From a virus (lineage: Duplodnaviria > Caudoviricetes), in IMG/VR virus record IMGVR_UViG_3300020440_000014, positions 8,781-72,780 of that record: a DNA stretch of 64,000 nt; one strand, given 5' to 3'. Below are positions 37,427-47,463 of this stretch, one piece after another (within the stretch, counting starts at the first letter, position 1; each line of letters starts with the position of its first letter). The notes under the pieces are model-generated. The model saw nothing but the letters and a program-made list of their open reading frames with translations. It searched no databases and was not told where the DNA came from. Both the position numbers and the translations under genes were made by a program.

Positions 37427-38242
37427 ATGGCAAAACCAACCTCAAAAACAGAACTAAAAGAATACATCAAAAGAAAACTTGGTGCGCCTGTACTTGAAAT
37501 TAATGTCGATGACGACCAATTAGACGATAGGGTAGACGAAGCACTACAATACTTTTATACTTATCATTATGATGGTTCAATGAAAGTATATCTTAAACAC
37601 CAGTTATCAACAAATAATCTAGCTACTATGCGTACAGACGAGACGTTTACGGAATCAGCTTCAGGTACGCATGATTACAACAACCAACAAGTAAAACAAC
37701 AAAAAAACTATATTGTTTTGCCTGATTTTGTAATGTCAGTTACTAATATATTTCCATTTGCAGACAAATCAAATATGAATATGTTTGATTTAAGATATCA
37801 ATTAAGACTCAATGATTTATATGACTTAACAAGTACTAATATTTTGTATTATGAAATGGTACAACAACACATATCTCTTCTAGACAGAGTATTGGTCGGA
37901 AGAACACCAATTAGATTTAATCAACACATGAACAGATTATATCTTGATGGAAACATAGAATCTTTGTCAGATGGTGAATACATTATCATTGAATGTTACA
38001 GAAAGATGGACCCAACAACCTTTACAGATGTCTTTGATGATATGTGGTTAAAAAAATATGCAACTGCATTAGTCAAATATCAGTGGGGTGAAAACTTAAG
38101 TAAATTTCAAGGTATAGCATTGCCAGGTGGAGTTACATTAGATGCTTCACAAATGAAACAAGAAGCACAGGAAGAAATTCAAAGATTAGAAGAAGAGTCA
38201 AGACTGAATCATGAAATGCCAGTTCTTGATATGATAGGTTAA
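37427..38242 (+). CDS. gp13: Neck protein gp13
   Basis: LKEYIKRKLGAPVLEINVDDDQ, WLKKYATALVKYQWGENLSKF, LPGGVTL. Late promoter variant at 37398. Confidence 0.95.
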   Translation: MAKPTSKTELKEYIKRKLGAPVLEINVDDDQLDDRVDEALQYFYTYHYDGSMKVYLKHQLSTNNLATMRTDETFTESASGTHDYNNQQVKQQKNYIVLPDFVMSVTNIFPFADKSNMNMFDLRYQLRLNDLYDLTSTNILYYEMVQQHISLLDRVLVGRTPIRFNQHMNRLYLDGNIESLSDGEYIIIECYRKMDPTTFTDVFDDMWLKKYATALVKYQWGENLSKFQGIALPGGVTLDASQMKQEAQEEIQRLEEESRLNHEMPVLDMIG

Positions 38243-38244
38243 TT

Positions 38245-39099
38245 ATGCCGACAAATGTATATTTCAATCATGCTGTAAGTAGCGAGCAACACTTATACGA
38301 AGATATCGTAGTAGAATCTTTACGAATGTATGGTCATGAGTGTTTTTATTTACCAAGAGAAGTAATAGAAGAAGATTCAATCTTCAATGAAGATGTACAA
38401 TCTACTTTTGGTGATGCATATTCGGTTGAAATGTACATAGAAAATACAGATGGATTTGAAGGTGAAGGTGACCTTATGTCTAAATTTGGTGTTGAAATAA
38501 GAGACCAAGCTACCTTTGTTATATCGCTTAGGTCGTGGGAAAGATTCATTTCATTAGATACTAATCTTGCGACATCACTTAGACCAAACGAAGGTGACCT
38601 CATCTATTTCCCGCTATCAGGCAGTATGTTTGAGATTAAGTTTGTTGAACATGAAGACCCATTTTATCAAGTAGGTAAACTATTTGTATTTAAAATGAGA
38701 TGTGAATTATTTGAATACTCAGGAGAAGACTTTGATACAGACATCGCACAAATAGACCAAGTAGAAGACGAACAAGCATATATTATAGAAATGAATATGG
38801 CAGCTGGTGGTTCAGGTACTTTCGCAGTCAATGAAGATGTTAAATTAAACAATGTTGTTGTGGGTGAAGTAGTTTCATGGAAAGCTGACGGTAGATTACT
38901 TAAATTAAAAGATGTCACAACAACACTAGCTATCAACGATGTATTAGTTGGTGCAACATCTGAAGCTTCACATACTATAGGAACTATTTCAGACGTATTA
39001 ACAATGTCAAACGACCCACAAGCAGACAATCTAGAATTTGAAAACAATGATGCAAATTTCTTAGACTTGTCAGAAACTAATCCATTTGGTGAACCATAA
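38245..39099 (+). CDS. gp14: Neck protein gp14
   Basis: EQHLYEDIVVESLRMYG, RPNEGDLIYFP, FEIKFVEHEDPFYQVGK, ETNPFGE. Confidence 0.95.
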   Translation: MPTNVYFNHAVSSEQHLYEDIVVESLRMYGHECFYLPREVIEEDSIFNEDVQSTFGDAYSVEMYIENTDGFEGEGDLMSKFGVEIRDQATFVISLRSWERFISLDTNLATSLRPNEGDLIYFPLSGSMFEIKFVEHEDPFYQVGKLFVFKMRCELFEYSGEDFDTDIAQIDQVEDEQAYIIEMNMAAGGSGTFAVNEDVKLNNVVVGEVVSWKADGRLLKLKDVTTTLAINDVLVGATSEASHTIGTISDVLTMSNDPQADNLEFENNDANFLDLSETNPFGEP

Positions 39100-40145
39100 T
39101 GTTCGGTACATACTTTTATAACGAAACAATCAAGAGATGTGTGTCTGTTTTTGGCACTATGTTTAATAATATAGATGTTAAAAAAGTAAAAGCAGATGGT
39201 ACAATATTATCATCTCAAAAAGTTCCTATATCTTATGGTCCTGCTCAAAAGTTCTTAAACAGACTAGCAGAAGAACCAAATTTATCAGATAGAAATAGAA
39301 CTGCATTGTCTTTACCTCGTATGGCATTTGAACTTACAGGATTTAATTATGATGCACAAAGACAACAAAACAAACTGATTCGTTCTGAAAAAAATAGTTT
39401 AGAAACAGGAAATGTAAATAGAAAGTTTCAATATTCACCTGCACCATACGATTTAAATTTCACATTATCTATTATTGCAAAAAATATGTCAGATGCTTTA
39501 CAAGTAGTAGAACAAATACTTCCTTACTTTCAACCAGAGTATACGGTTACTATGAAAATGATTGATGACATGTCAGATAATAGAGATGTGCCAATAGTTT
39601 TAAATGACATATCTTTTACAGACGAATATGAGGGAGATATAGCTGATAGAAGAACTATAACTTACGAATTAAGTTTTACTATGAAAACATATTTCTTTGG
39701 TCCTGTTTATCAAGGCAAAATTATTAAAAATGTTATCGAGAGAGATTATATTGGAACAGGCAGAGACGGTTTCACATCAACACAAATCAATAGTGCTGGT
39801 CTTGTAAAAGAAGTAAAACACTATGAACCTGCCTTTGCAGAAGTAGCAAATGCTGTGTCTAATTCTACAACCGTAACATTTGGAACTGCAATAAATAGTT
39901 CTATAAGTAACGGAGATGAAGTTTTCAATACAGGTTTAACTACTAATCCAACAATCAGTAGTATAGCAGAAAACAAATTATCATTAGTATTATCGAGTGC
40001 GATTACCATACCAGATAATACAACATTAATGTTTGTTGGTTCAGTTACACCAAATGATACTTTTGTCGTTGCAGAGAACGTGACATTCTACGATGATGGT
40101 TCACCGAGAACTTTTACTGAAGACAAAACAACAGACGCTAGTTAA
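39099..40145 (+). CDS. gp15: Tail sheath stabiliser / tail terminator gp15
   Basis: YFYNETIKRCVSVFGTMFNNI, KVPISYGP.QKFL, LPRMAFE, EQILPYFQP. Confidence 0.95.
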   Translation: MFGTYFYNETIKRCVSVFGTMFNNIDVKKVKADGTILSSQKVPISYGPAQKFLNRLAEEPNLSDRNRTALSLPRMAFELTGFNYDAQRQQNKLIRSEKNSLETGNVNRKFQYSPAPYDLNFTLSIIAKNMSDALQVVEQILPYFQPEYTVTMKMIDDMSDNRDVPIVLNDISFTDEYEGDIADRRTITYELSFTMKTYFFGPVYQGKIIKNVIERDYIGTGRDGFTSTQINSAGLVKEVKHYEPAFAEVANAVSNSTTVTFGTAINSSISNGDEVFNTGLTTNPTISSIAENKLSLVLSSAITIPDNTTLMFVGSVTPNDTFVVAENVTFYDDGSPRTFTEDKTTDAS

Positions 40146-40150
40146 ATATT

Positions 40151-40552
40151 ATGAGTAAAACAGACGAGAAGTTAAATGAACTTCTGAACATTGACACTGA
40201 AATAAAGAAAGAAACAAAGTTGGTCAAAGTTCCAGAAAGAGCAAAAAATATAGAAACAGATTATCGATATGCTCGTGAGAATCTCTACAATCTCGTGGAG
40301 AGAGGACAAGATGCAATCGATGGTATCTTAGAACTATCCAAAGAAACTGAACACCCGAGAGCCTATGAAGTTGCAGGTCAATTGATTAAGACCGTTGGTG
40401 AAACAGCAGAAAAATTATTGGACATACAAAAGAAAATTAAAGATTTAGAAAAAGAAGACGAACAGAAAGTAGGTACTCAACACAATCATTTATATGTGGG
40501 TTCTACTTCTGAATTACAAAAGTTTTTGAAAACAAAGAATGTTAAGGAATGA
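40151..40552 (+). CDS. gp16: Terminase small subunit
   Basis: DYRYARENLYNLVERGQDAI, EHPRAYEVAGQLIK, VGSTSELQKFL. Confidence 0.93.
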   Translation: MSKTDEKLNELLNIDTEIKKETKLVKVPERAKNIETDYRYARENLYNLVERGQDAIDGILELSKETEHPRAYEVAGQLIKTVGETAEKLLDIQKKIKDLEKEDEQKVGTQHNHLYVGSTSELQKFLKTKNVKE

Positions 40553-41288
40553 GAACGTATTAAAGTTCTTTAAAACTGCATATTGTTTTACTGATTCTCA
40601 GAGAAATACCGCATACGAAAATTGGATATCTGAGAATGTCAAAGATAAGATAGTAATAGATTTGGGCGCAGGTTCAGGCATACTATGTTATCTTGCAGTT
40701 AAATATGGCGCTAAAAAAGTATATGCCTTAGAAAGAAGAGGTAGACTCATTCATAGAATGAAGGAAACGTTAGGCGACACCATAGAGTATATACATGCAG
40801 ATTTATTAGAAACAGAATTGCCAGAGTGTGATATTTATTTACATGAGTGGTTATCATCTAATTTTTGGAATGAGAAAAAATTTCTTATGAACTTTCATGA
40901 AAAAGAAGATAAAGAATTAGAATTTGGTCACATACTAGATTTAGTAGAGTATGCGGAGAAGAATAAGTTTATACACAAATTATACCCTAATATCGTTGAG
41001 TTGTCAAGTATACAAGGCAAATCTACAGCAGAGTGGGTAGATATAGAGTTACAATCACATGGTGAACATTCTAGACAATTTCTGCAAGAACATTATGGTG
41101 ATTTAACAAAATGTCCTATATATAGAAACGAAATACATGATAAAAAAGAAATATGGACAGGTCATATAAAAGATTTGAAGTATAGAAAAGTTGATGGCTT
41201 TCTAGGTTGGAAGTTATCTTTTGATGGTAAATACGAGTTATCAAACCACATTTCTGTATCTCATTGGGGATTAAAAAGTGAAACCTAA
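40539..41288 (+). CDS. Class I SAM-dependent methyltransferase, PRMT/PrmA-like
   Basis: VIDLGAGSGIL (motif I), AVKYGAKKVYALE, and DIYLHEW resembling the PRMT D.I.SEW loop. Confidence 0.8.
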   Translation: MLRNENVLKFFKTAYCFTDSQRNTAYENWISENVKDKIVIDLGAGSGILCYLAVKYGAKKVYALERRGRLIHRMKETLGDTIEYIHADLLETELPECDIYLHEWLSSNFWNEKKFLMNFHEKEDKELEFGHILDLVEYAEKNKFIHKLYPNIVELSSIQGKSTAEWVDIELQSHGEHSRQFLQEHYGDLTKCPIYRNEIHDKKEIWTGHIKDLKYRKVDGFLGWKLSFDGKYELSNHISVSHWGLKSET

Positions 41289-42858
41289 AAATGATGGATA
41301 TCTAGGTAATACACAGGTCAAACGTGCCGGTGTAGATACCTCATATACAGATGAAGAGATGCAAGAGTACATCAAATGTACTAAAGACCCTATTCATTTC
41401 ATAGAATCATATACGCAAATTATCTCACTTGATGAGGGCATGATTCCTTTTACACTTCGTGGTTATCAAGGAAAACTAATAGAACATTTTAATCAAAATA
41501 GATTTAGTGTTGTGCTTGCATCACGTCAGAGTGGTAAATCTATAACTTCGTGTGCATATCTACTCTGGTATATTCTTTTTCATCCAGAAGTCACGGTGGC
41601 CGTTCTTGCTAACAAAGGTGCGATTGCAAGAGAGATGATTGCACGTATCGTAACGATGTTAGAGTCTGTACCATTCTTTTTACAACCAGGTGTAAAGATA
41701 CTCAACAAAGGTAATATAGAATTTGGCAATGATAGTAAAATAGTCGCAGCTGCTACATCTTCATCATCGATTCGTGGTATGTCAATTAACATGTTGTATC
41801 TTGATGAGTTTGCATTCGTAGAAGATGCAGAAACATTCTACACTGCTACTTATCCTGTTATCACATCTGGTAAAGATTCTAAAGTTATTATCACATCTAC
41901 TGCAAACGGCGTAGGTAATATGTTTCATAAGATATACGAGTCTGCAATACATGAACAATCTGAGTATAAATCATTCACAATCAACTGGTATGATGTACCA
42001 GGTAGAGACGAAGAATGGAAAGAACAAACGATTGCAAACACCTCAGAAGCACAATTTGAACAAGAATATGGTAACTCATTTTTAGGAACAGGAAATACTC
42101 TTGTTAACTCAAATACATTACTAGGATTAAAGGCAGTAGAACCAGATTGGAACAAAGATGGTGTAAATGTATACGAAAGACCAAAAGAGGGTCATGAGTA
42201 TATCTGTACGGTTGATGTATCTCAAGGTCGAGGACTAGATTATTCGACTTTTACTATTATTGATGTTACAGAAAAACCTTTTAAACAAGTTTGTACATAC
42301 AGAGACAATACCTTAAGTCCTATGCTATATCCTGATTTACTAAATAAGTATTGTAGACCATATAATGAAGCATTAATTATTATTGAAAATAATGCTGAGG
42401 GCGGAATGGTCGCAACTCAATTACATTATGATATAGAATATCCAAATGTTTTTGTACAAGGAATGACAAAAGCAGATGACATTGGTGTTACAATGTCAAG
42501 AAAAATAAAAAGAATAGGATGTTCGACAATGAAAGAGTTATTAGAAGAAAACAGACTTTTAGTTAAAGATAGAGCTACAATAACTGAGTTAATGACTTTC
42601 ATTAACAAAGGACCATCATTTGAAGCAGATAAAGGATATAATGATGATATGGTTATGAATTTAGTATTGTTCAGTTGGTTTATAACAACAGACTATTTCT
42701 ATAATTTAACAGACAAAAAAGTAAAAGATTTATTATACTCAGAGCAACAAAAATTAATAGAGGACGATTTGCTCCCGCCAGGAGTATTCGGAACCGACAA
42801 ACAAGAAGAGTCATTCGTTGATAAAGCGGGTGATAGATGGTATCTAGATAACTCGTAG
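41278..42858 (+). CDS. gp17: Terminase large subunit
   Basis: YLGN, ASRQSGKS (Walker A), YLDEFAF (Walker B), STANG, DVSQG.G.DYS, NDDMVM. GTG start. Confidence 0.97.
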   Translation: MKPKNDGYLGNTQVKRAGVDTSYTDEEMQEYIKCTKDPIHFIESYTQIISLDEGMIPFTLRGYQGKLIEHFNQNRFSVVLASRQSGKSITSCAYLLWYILFHPEVTVAVLANKGAIAREMIARIVTMLESVPFFLQPGVKILNKGNIEFGNDSKIVAAATSSSSIRGMSINMLYLDEFAFVEDAETFYTATYPVITSGKDSKVIITSTANGVGNMFHKIYESAIHEQSEYKSFTINWYDVPGRDEEWKEQTIANTSEAQFEQEYGNSFLGTGNTLVNSNTLLGLKAVEPDWNKDGVNVYERPKEGHEYICTVDVSQGRGLDYSTFTIIDVTEKPFKQVCTYRDNTLSPMLYPDLLNKYCRPYNEALIIIENNAEGGMVATQLHYDIEYPNVFVQGMTKADDIGVTMSRKIKRIGCSTMKELLEENRLLVKDRATITELMTFINKGPSFEADKGYNDDMVMNLVLFSWFITTDYFYNLTDKKVKDLLYSEQQKLIEDDLLPPGVFGTDKQEESFVDKAGDRWYLDNS

Positions 42859-42871
42859 GGATTTCGGATTA

Positions 42872-42879
42872 CATAAATA
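42872..42879 (+). promoter_or_regulatory. Late promoter variant CATAAATA upstream of gp18
   Basis: Intergenic position with an AGGAG RBS downstream. Confidence 0.7.
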
Positions 42880-42915
42880 AAGTAGTAATAATATTTTACG
42901 AAACAGGAGAAAAAT

Positions 42916-44919
42916 ATGGCATTTCAAGTATCACCAGGCATTCAAATCAAAGAAGTTGATTTGTCGAATGTCGTTCCAGCAGTTTCATCTACCGTAGGTG
43001 CTTTTGTTGGAAGTTTTCAATGGGGCCCTGTTGACGAAGTAAAAACGGTTTCTAGTAGTCAGGAATTGGTTGATGAGTTTTATCAACCAAGTAGTTCAGA
43101 TTCTAGCATAGAAGATTTTTATACAGCAGACTCATTTTTAAAATACGGTTCAGCGCTTAAAGTTGTAAGACTAGGTACTTCACAACTAACAAACGCTAAT
43201 GCTTCAGGTGCTGGTTCAGTCTTACTTAAGAATGACGAACAATATCAAGAGAGTTATTCAGACGGTTCACAAAATGGTACCGTTGGCCAATTCATAGCAA
43301 AATATGCAGGTGCTTTAGGCAACTCGTTAAAAGTATCAGTTTGTGCCTCATCAGACGCTTACTTTAACGATAATGCATCATTAGTCAATAATGGAAGTGG
43401 TCATTCAGCTGGTTCAAACACCGTTATCGTAGATAGCGGAGCGGCATTCTTAGTCAGAGACATTATCAAATTCTCTGGTCACGCTACAAAATATAGAGTG
43501 ACAGGTATTTCAACCAATACTTTAACAATCGAATCAATAGGTCAACCAGTTGCAGGCGGTTTAACAAATGCAGTTGTTGACAACGAACAAGTTGATAGAT
43601 ATTGGGAGTTTTACGAATTATTTGATAAAGCACCAGGCACATCAGCAAACGCATCTTCTATAGGAACTGGAAATGACGAGATGCACGTAGTAGTTTGTGA
43701 CGAAGACGGACTATTCGGCGGAGTTAGATTTCAAGCATTAGAAACATATGCATTTGTAAACAAAGCATCAGATGGCAAAGACGCTTCAGGTAAGTCAAGT
43801 TACTATAAAAACGTCATTGCAGAAGAATCAAAATACGTATATTGGTCAGGTCACTCAACAGGCGGAACTGGAATATATACGACAGCAACAGAAAATAAAA
43901 CATTGAATGCATCAATATCATCAGCATTTGGTGTACCAAGTCTTCCAATCAATAATTCACTTGCAGGTGGTGTTGACGGAAGAAGTAAAGTTGTAGGCGA
44001 TGTAACAGCTGCTTACGACAAGTTCTTTAAAGATTCAGAGACAATGGACATTTCTTTCTTAGTTGTTGGTTCAACAAGAACAGATAATGGTTCAGGAACA
44101 GACCAAGACACTATAGCAGACCACAATTCAATTGTAAATCATGCTATTTCAATTGCAGAGTCAAGAAAAGATTGCATGGTTGTTGCTTCACCAAGAAGAA
44201 CATCATTAGTCAATGTTACTTCAGAGTCAACTCAAGTCGCTAATGTGCTTGCAGATTACTCTAGTGTAACATCAAGTTCATATGCAGTTTTAGATAGTGG
44301 TTGGATATATCAGTACGACAGATTTAATGACAAATATTGTTATGTACCAGGTAACGGACACACCGCAGGTATTATGGTAAGAAGTGATTTACTTCAAGAC
44401 CCATGGTATTCACCTGCTGGTTTCTCAAGAGGTCAATATCTTGGAATTACAAAACTTGCATTTAATCCACAACAAGCATCTAGAGATGAGTTGTACAGAA
44501 ACAGAATTAATCCGATAGTAACATTTCCTGGTCAAGGAACGGTTCTATTTGGAGACAAAACAGCATTATCATCTCCATCAGCATTTGACAGAGTCAATGT
44601 TAGAAGGTTATTCATCGTTTTAGAGAAAGCAATAGCAGTAGCTGCTAAAGCACAACTCTTTGAATTTAACGATGCATTTACAAGAGCTCAATTCAGAAGT
44701 TCAGTAGAACCTTTCTTAAGAGATGTTAAAAATAGAAGAGGTTTGGTAGACTTCTCAGTTGTTTGTGACGAAACAAACAATACTGATACGGTCATCGATA
44801 GAAATGAATTTGTATGTTCTATCTTTGTAAAACCAAATCGTTCAATTAACTTTATAACTTTAAACTTTGTCGCTTCAAGAAGTGGTGTCGAGTTTGAAGA
44901 AATCTACGGAGCAGTGTAA
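42916..44919 (+). CDS. gp18: Tail sheath protein
   Basis: MAFQVSPGIQIKEVDLS, FQWGP, PWYSPAG..RG, INPIVTFPGQG.VLFGDKT, NVRRLF. Confidence 0.97.
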   Translation: MAFQVSPGIQIKEVDLSNVVPAVSSTVGAFVGSFQWGPVDEVKTVSSSQELVDEFYQPSSSDSSIEDFYTADSFLKYGSALKVVRLGTSQLTNANASGAGSVLLKNDEQYQESYSDGSQNGTVGQFIAKYAGALGNSLKVSVCASSDAYFNDNASLVNNGSGHSAGSNTVIVDSGAAFLVRDIIKFSGHATKYRVTGISTNTLTIESIGQPVAGGLTNAVVDNEQVDRYWEFYELFDKAPGTSANASSIGTGNDEMHVVVCDEDGLFGGVRFQALETYAFVNKASDGKDASGKSSYYKNVIAEESKYVYWSGHSTGGTGIYTTATENKTLNASISSAFGVPSLPINNSLAGGVDGRSKVVGDVTAAYDKFFKDSETMDISFLVVGSTRTDNGSGTDQDTIADHNSIVNHAISIAESRKDCMVVASPRRTSLVNVTSESTQVANVLADYSSVTSSSYAVLDSGWIYQYDRFNDKYCYVPGNGHTAGIMVRSDLLQDPWYSPAGFSRGQYLGITKLAFNPQQASRDELYRNRINPIVTFPGQGTVLFGDKTALSSPSAFDRVNVRRLFIVLEKAIAVAAKAQLFEFNDAFTRAQFRSSVEPFLRDVKNRRGLVDFSVVCDETNNTDTVIDRNEFVCSIFVKPNRSINFITLNFVASRSGVEFEEIYGAV

Positions 44920-44929
44920 GGAGTAATCA

Positions 44930-45427
44930 ATGGCAACAATAGACCAGTTTAAAGCACAACTACTAGGCGGCGGTCCTAGAGCAAATAGATTTAGAGTATT
45001 CATACCTAGGTCTGGCGACAAGATTGAGTTTCTATGTCAAGCCGCACAGATTCCAGCTGCTACCGTTGGTGTTGTAGAACAGCAGTTCAGAGGACATGTA
45101 CTAAAACTCGCAGGAGATAGAACATTTGAACCTTGGACCGTGACTATCATCAACGATGTAGAATTTTCAGCTAGAAGCGCATTAGAAGCTTGGCAGACAG
45201 ATATACAAGAGTTAGATTCAGGTGAAGGTATCACTTCATTAGATTATCTAGTAGACAGAGCTTTTGTAGAACAACTTAACAAAGACGATTCAGTGTTAGC
45301 AAGGTACGAATTCTTTAACATGTTCCCAACCTCAATAGGGGCAATTGACCTATCTTACGAAACGGTCGATGCATTGGAGACATTTGATGTTGAATTCCAA
45401 TACTCACACTGGGAAAGAGTCGTTTAA
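44930..45427 (+). CDS. gp19: Tail tube protein
   Basis: GGPRANRF, AGDRTFEPWTVTIIND, FDVEFQY..W. Confidence 0.95.
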   Translation: MATIDQFKAQLLGGGPRANRFRVFIPRSGDKIEFLCQAAQIPAATVGVVEQQFRGHVLKLAGDRTFEPWTVTIINDVEFSARSALEAWQTDIQELDSGEGITSLDYLVDRAFVEQLNKDDSVLARYEFFNMFPTSIGAIDLSYETVDALETFDVEFQYSHWERVV

Positions 45428-45433
45428 TTACAA

Positions 45434-45464
45434 TTATATCGCTGCTTCGGTGGCGATATAAATA
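45434..45464 (+). promoter_or_regulatory. C(UUCG)G hairpin whose 3' arm contains the late promoter TATAAATA (45457-45464) of gp20
   Basis: TTATATCGCTGC-TTCG-GTGGCGATATAA: 12 bp including two G-U pairs. Confidence 0.7.
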
Positions 45465-45470
45465 TATATT

Positions 45471-46997
45471 ATGGAAATATTTGGGTTTGAAATAACTCGT
45501 AAGAAAGAAGAATTACGAGATTTAGATGTCGAAAAAAATTCGGCACCTTCTTTTGTCGCACCGACAATAGATGATGGTACTGCTGTTATACAACAACAGG
45601 CAGGATTCATTTCAGGTGGGGCGTATGGACAATATGTCGATATGGAAGGTGGTATCAAGAGTGAGATAGAACTCATTCGAAGATATCGTGAGACATCTTT
45701 GGTGCCTGAATGTGATGCGGCTATCGAAGACATAGTAAACGAATGTGTAGTTTCTGATACCGAAGATAGGATAGTATCACTTGACCTCCGAGATGTGAAC
45801 TTCTCAGAGAGTATAAAGAAAAAGATACAAGAAGAGTTCAAACACATCTTATCTTTAATGAAGTTCAATCAGAACTCTCATGAAATATTCAGAAAATGGT
45901 ATGTCGATGGTAGAATCTACTTTCATAAAGTAGTAGATTCAAAGCAGCCACAAAAAGGTATGGTCGATATTAGAAATATTGACCCGACCAAAATTAAAAA
46001 AGTCCGTAATATAGAAAAAGAAAAAGATGCTAAGAAAGGCATCGAAAAGGTTAAAAAGGTTGAAGAATTTTATGTCTTCAGCGATAAAGGTTTCGATAAG
46101 AGTAGTGTTAATGAAGGCACAACTCTTAAAATTGCACCTGAGGCAGTAAGTTATACTACTTCAGGAATGTTAGATTACACTAAGAATATTGTAATCGGAT
46201 ATTTGCATAAGGCATTGAAGACTGCAAATCAGTTATCAATGATGGAAGATGCGCTTGTTATTTACAGAATATCAAGAGCACCAGAAAGAAGAATCTTCTA
46301 CATTGATGTTGGTAACTTGCCGAAAGCGAAAGCAGAACAATACTTAGCAGATGTTATGAATAAGTATAGAAATAAACTTGTTTATAACTCGCAGACAGGC
46401 GAAATCAAAGATGATAGACGCCATATGTCGATGTTAGAAGACTATTGGTTACCTAGAAGAGAGGGTGGTCGAGGAACAGAGATATCAACTTTGCCGGGTG
46501 GTTCAAACCTATCAGAGATTGATGATATAGAATACTTTAAAAAGAAACTATATCAGTCTTTAAATGTTCCAACTTCTAGAATGGAAGCAGACAATGGATT
46601 TAACATGGGTCGTGCTTCAGAGATTTCTAGAGATGAACTTAAGTTTAATAAGTTCACACGAAGACTGCAAGATAAGTTTGCAAGAGTCTTTACAGACATG
46701 TTAAGAACTCAATTAATTCTGAAGAATATTGTGACTTCAGATGAGTTTGATAAGTATAAAGATTTTATACATTATGATTTTGCAACAGATAATCACTTTA
46801 CGGAGTTGAAATCTGGTGAAATCATGAGAGAAAGATTTGACTTATTGGGACAGGCAAGTGAGTATATTGGAAAATACATCTCACATGACTATGTCAGAAA
46901 AAATATATTAAAGCAGTCTGAGTCTGATATTAAAAGGTTAGACCAAGAGATAGAAGACGAAGGCGGTGATGGAGGAGATTCGGAAGACGAATTTTAA
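45471..46997 (+). CDS. gp20: Portal vertex protein
   Basis: MEIFGF, RKWYVDGR, RAPERRIFYIDVGNLPK.KAEQY, EDYWLPRREGGRGTEISTLPGG. Confidence 0.97.
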   Translation: MEIFGFEITRKKEELRDLDVEKNSAPSFVAPTIDDGTAVIQQQAGFISGGAYGQYVDMEGGIKSEIELIRRYRETSLVPECDAAIEDIVNECVVSDTEDRIVSLDLRDVNFSESIKKKIQEEFKHILSLMKFNQNSHEIFRKWYVDGRIYFHKVVDSKQPQKGMVDIRNIDPTKIKKVRNIEKEKDAKKGIEKVKKVEEFYVFSDKGFDKSSVNEGTTLKIAPEAVSYTTSGMLDYTKNIVIGYLHKALKTANQLSMMEDALVIYRISRAPERRIFYIDVGNLPKAKAEQYLADVMNKYRNKLVYNSQTGEIKDDRRHMSMLEDYWLPRREGGRGTEISTLPGGSNLSEIDDIEYFKKKLYQSLNVPTSRMEADNGFNMGRASEISRDELKFNKFTRRLQDKFARVFTDMLRTQLILKNIVTSDEFDKYKDFIHYDFATDNHFTELKSGEIMRERFDLLGQASEYIGKYISHDYVRKNILKQSESDIKRLDQEIEDEGGDGGDSEDEF

Positions 46998-47000
46998 TAA

Positions 47001-47186
47001 TTGATGGAAAAAACAAGAGATATAGTAGACCAAATTGAATCGGGCAAATTACAAGATGCTAAAGACACAATTAATGATGTCTTAAAGCAAAAAGCTGCTG
47101 AAGTTGTTGATATGAAAAGAGTTGAAACATCTACTAATTGGATGGAAAAACAAGCAGATGAAAACTTGGAAACAGATAACAACTGA
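47001..47186 (+). CDS. Small prohead core protein (gp67 position)
   Basis: Synteny between gp20 and gp21. Confidence 0.55.
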   Translation: MMEKTRDIVDQIESGKLQDAKDTINDVLKQKAAEVVDMKRVETSTNWMEKQADENLETDNN

Positions 47187-47463
47187 GTTAAACGAAGCTA
47201 AGTTCAAACTTCCTAAAGACCAGAAGGAAGTAAAACGACAGACTGAGAAAGTCTCAGGAAAGTCACTGGACATAGTATACGGAGAAGACAAACGAGGAAA
47301 GATTCACGTATACGTAGACGGCGTATCTATGGGTGAACCTCATAGAAATATGAAAAACGCTGAAAAAGAAATGAAAAATGTTAAAAAATTAATTTTGCAA
47401 ATGGGTGAAGAGAACATAACTAAAGAAGAAATATTAGGAGTAATAAATGAAGTTAATATCTGA
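47158..47463 (+). CDS. Prohead core protein (gp68 position)
   Basis: Synteny. ATG 47158 (MKTWKQITTEL) preferred over the TTG start in the ORF track. Confidence 0.55.
   Translation: MKTWKQITTELNEAKFKLPKDQKEVKRQTEKVSGKSLDIVYGEDKRGKIHVYVDGVSMGEPHRNMKNAEKEMKNVKKLILQMGEENITKEEILGVINEVNI

Noticed and set aside
40539-41288. DNA methyltransferase or homing endonuclease inserted in the terminase locus
   Set aside because: No DPPY/NPPY or PC catalytic motif and no HNH, GIY-YIG or LAGLIDADG motif is visible.
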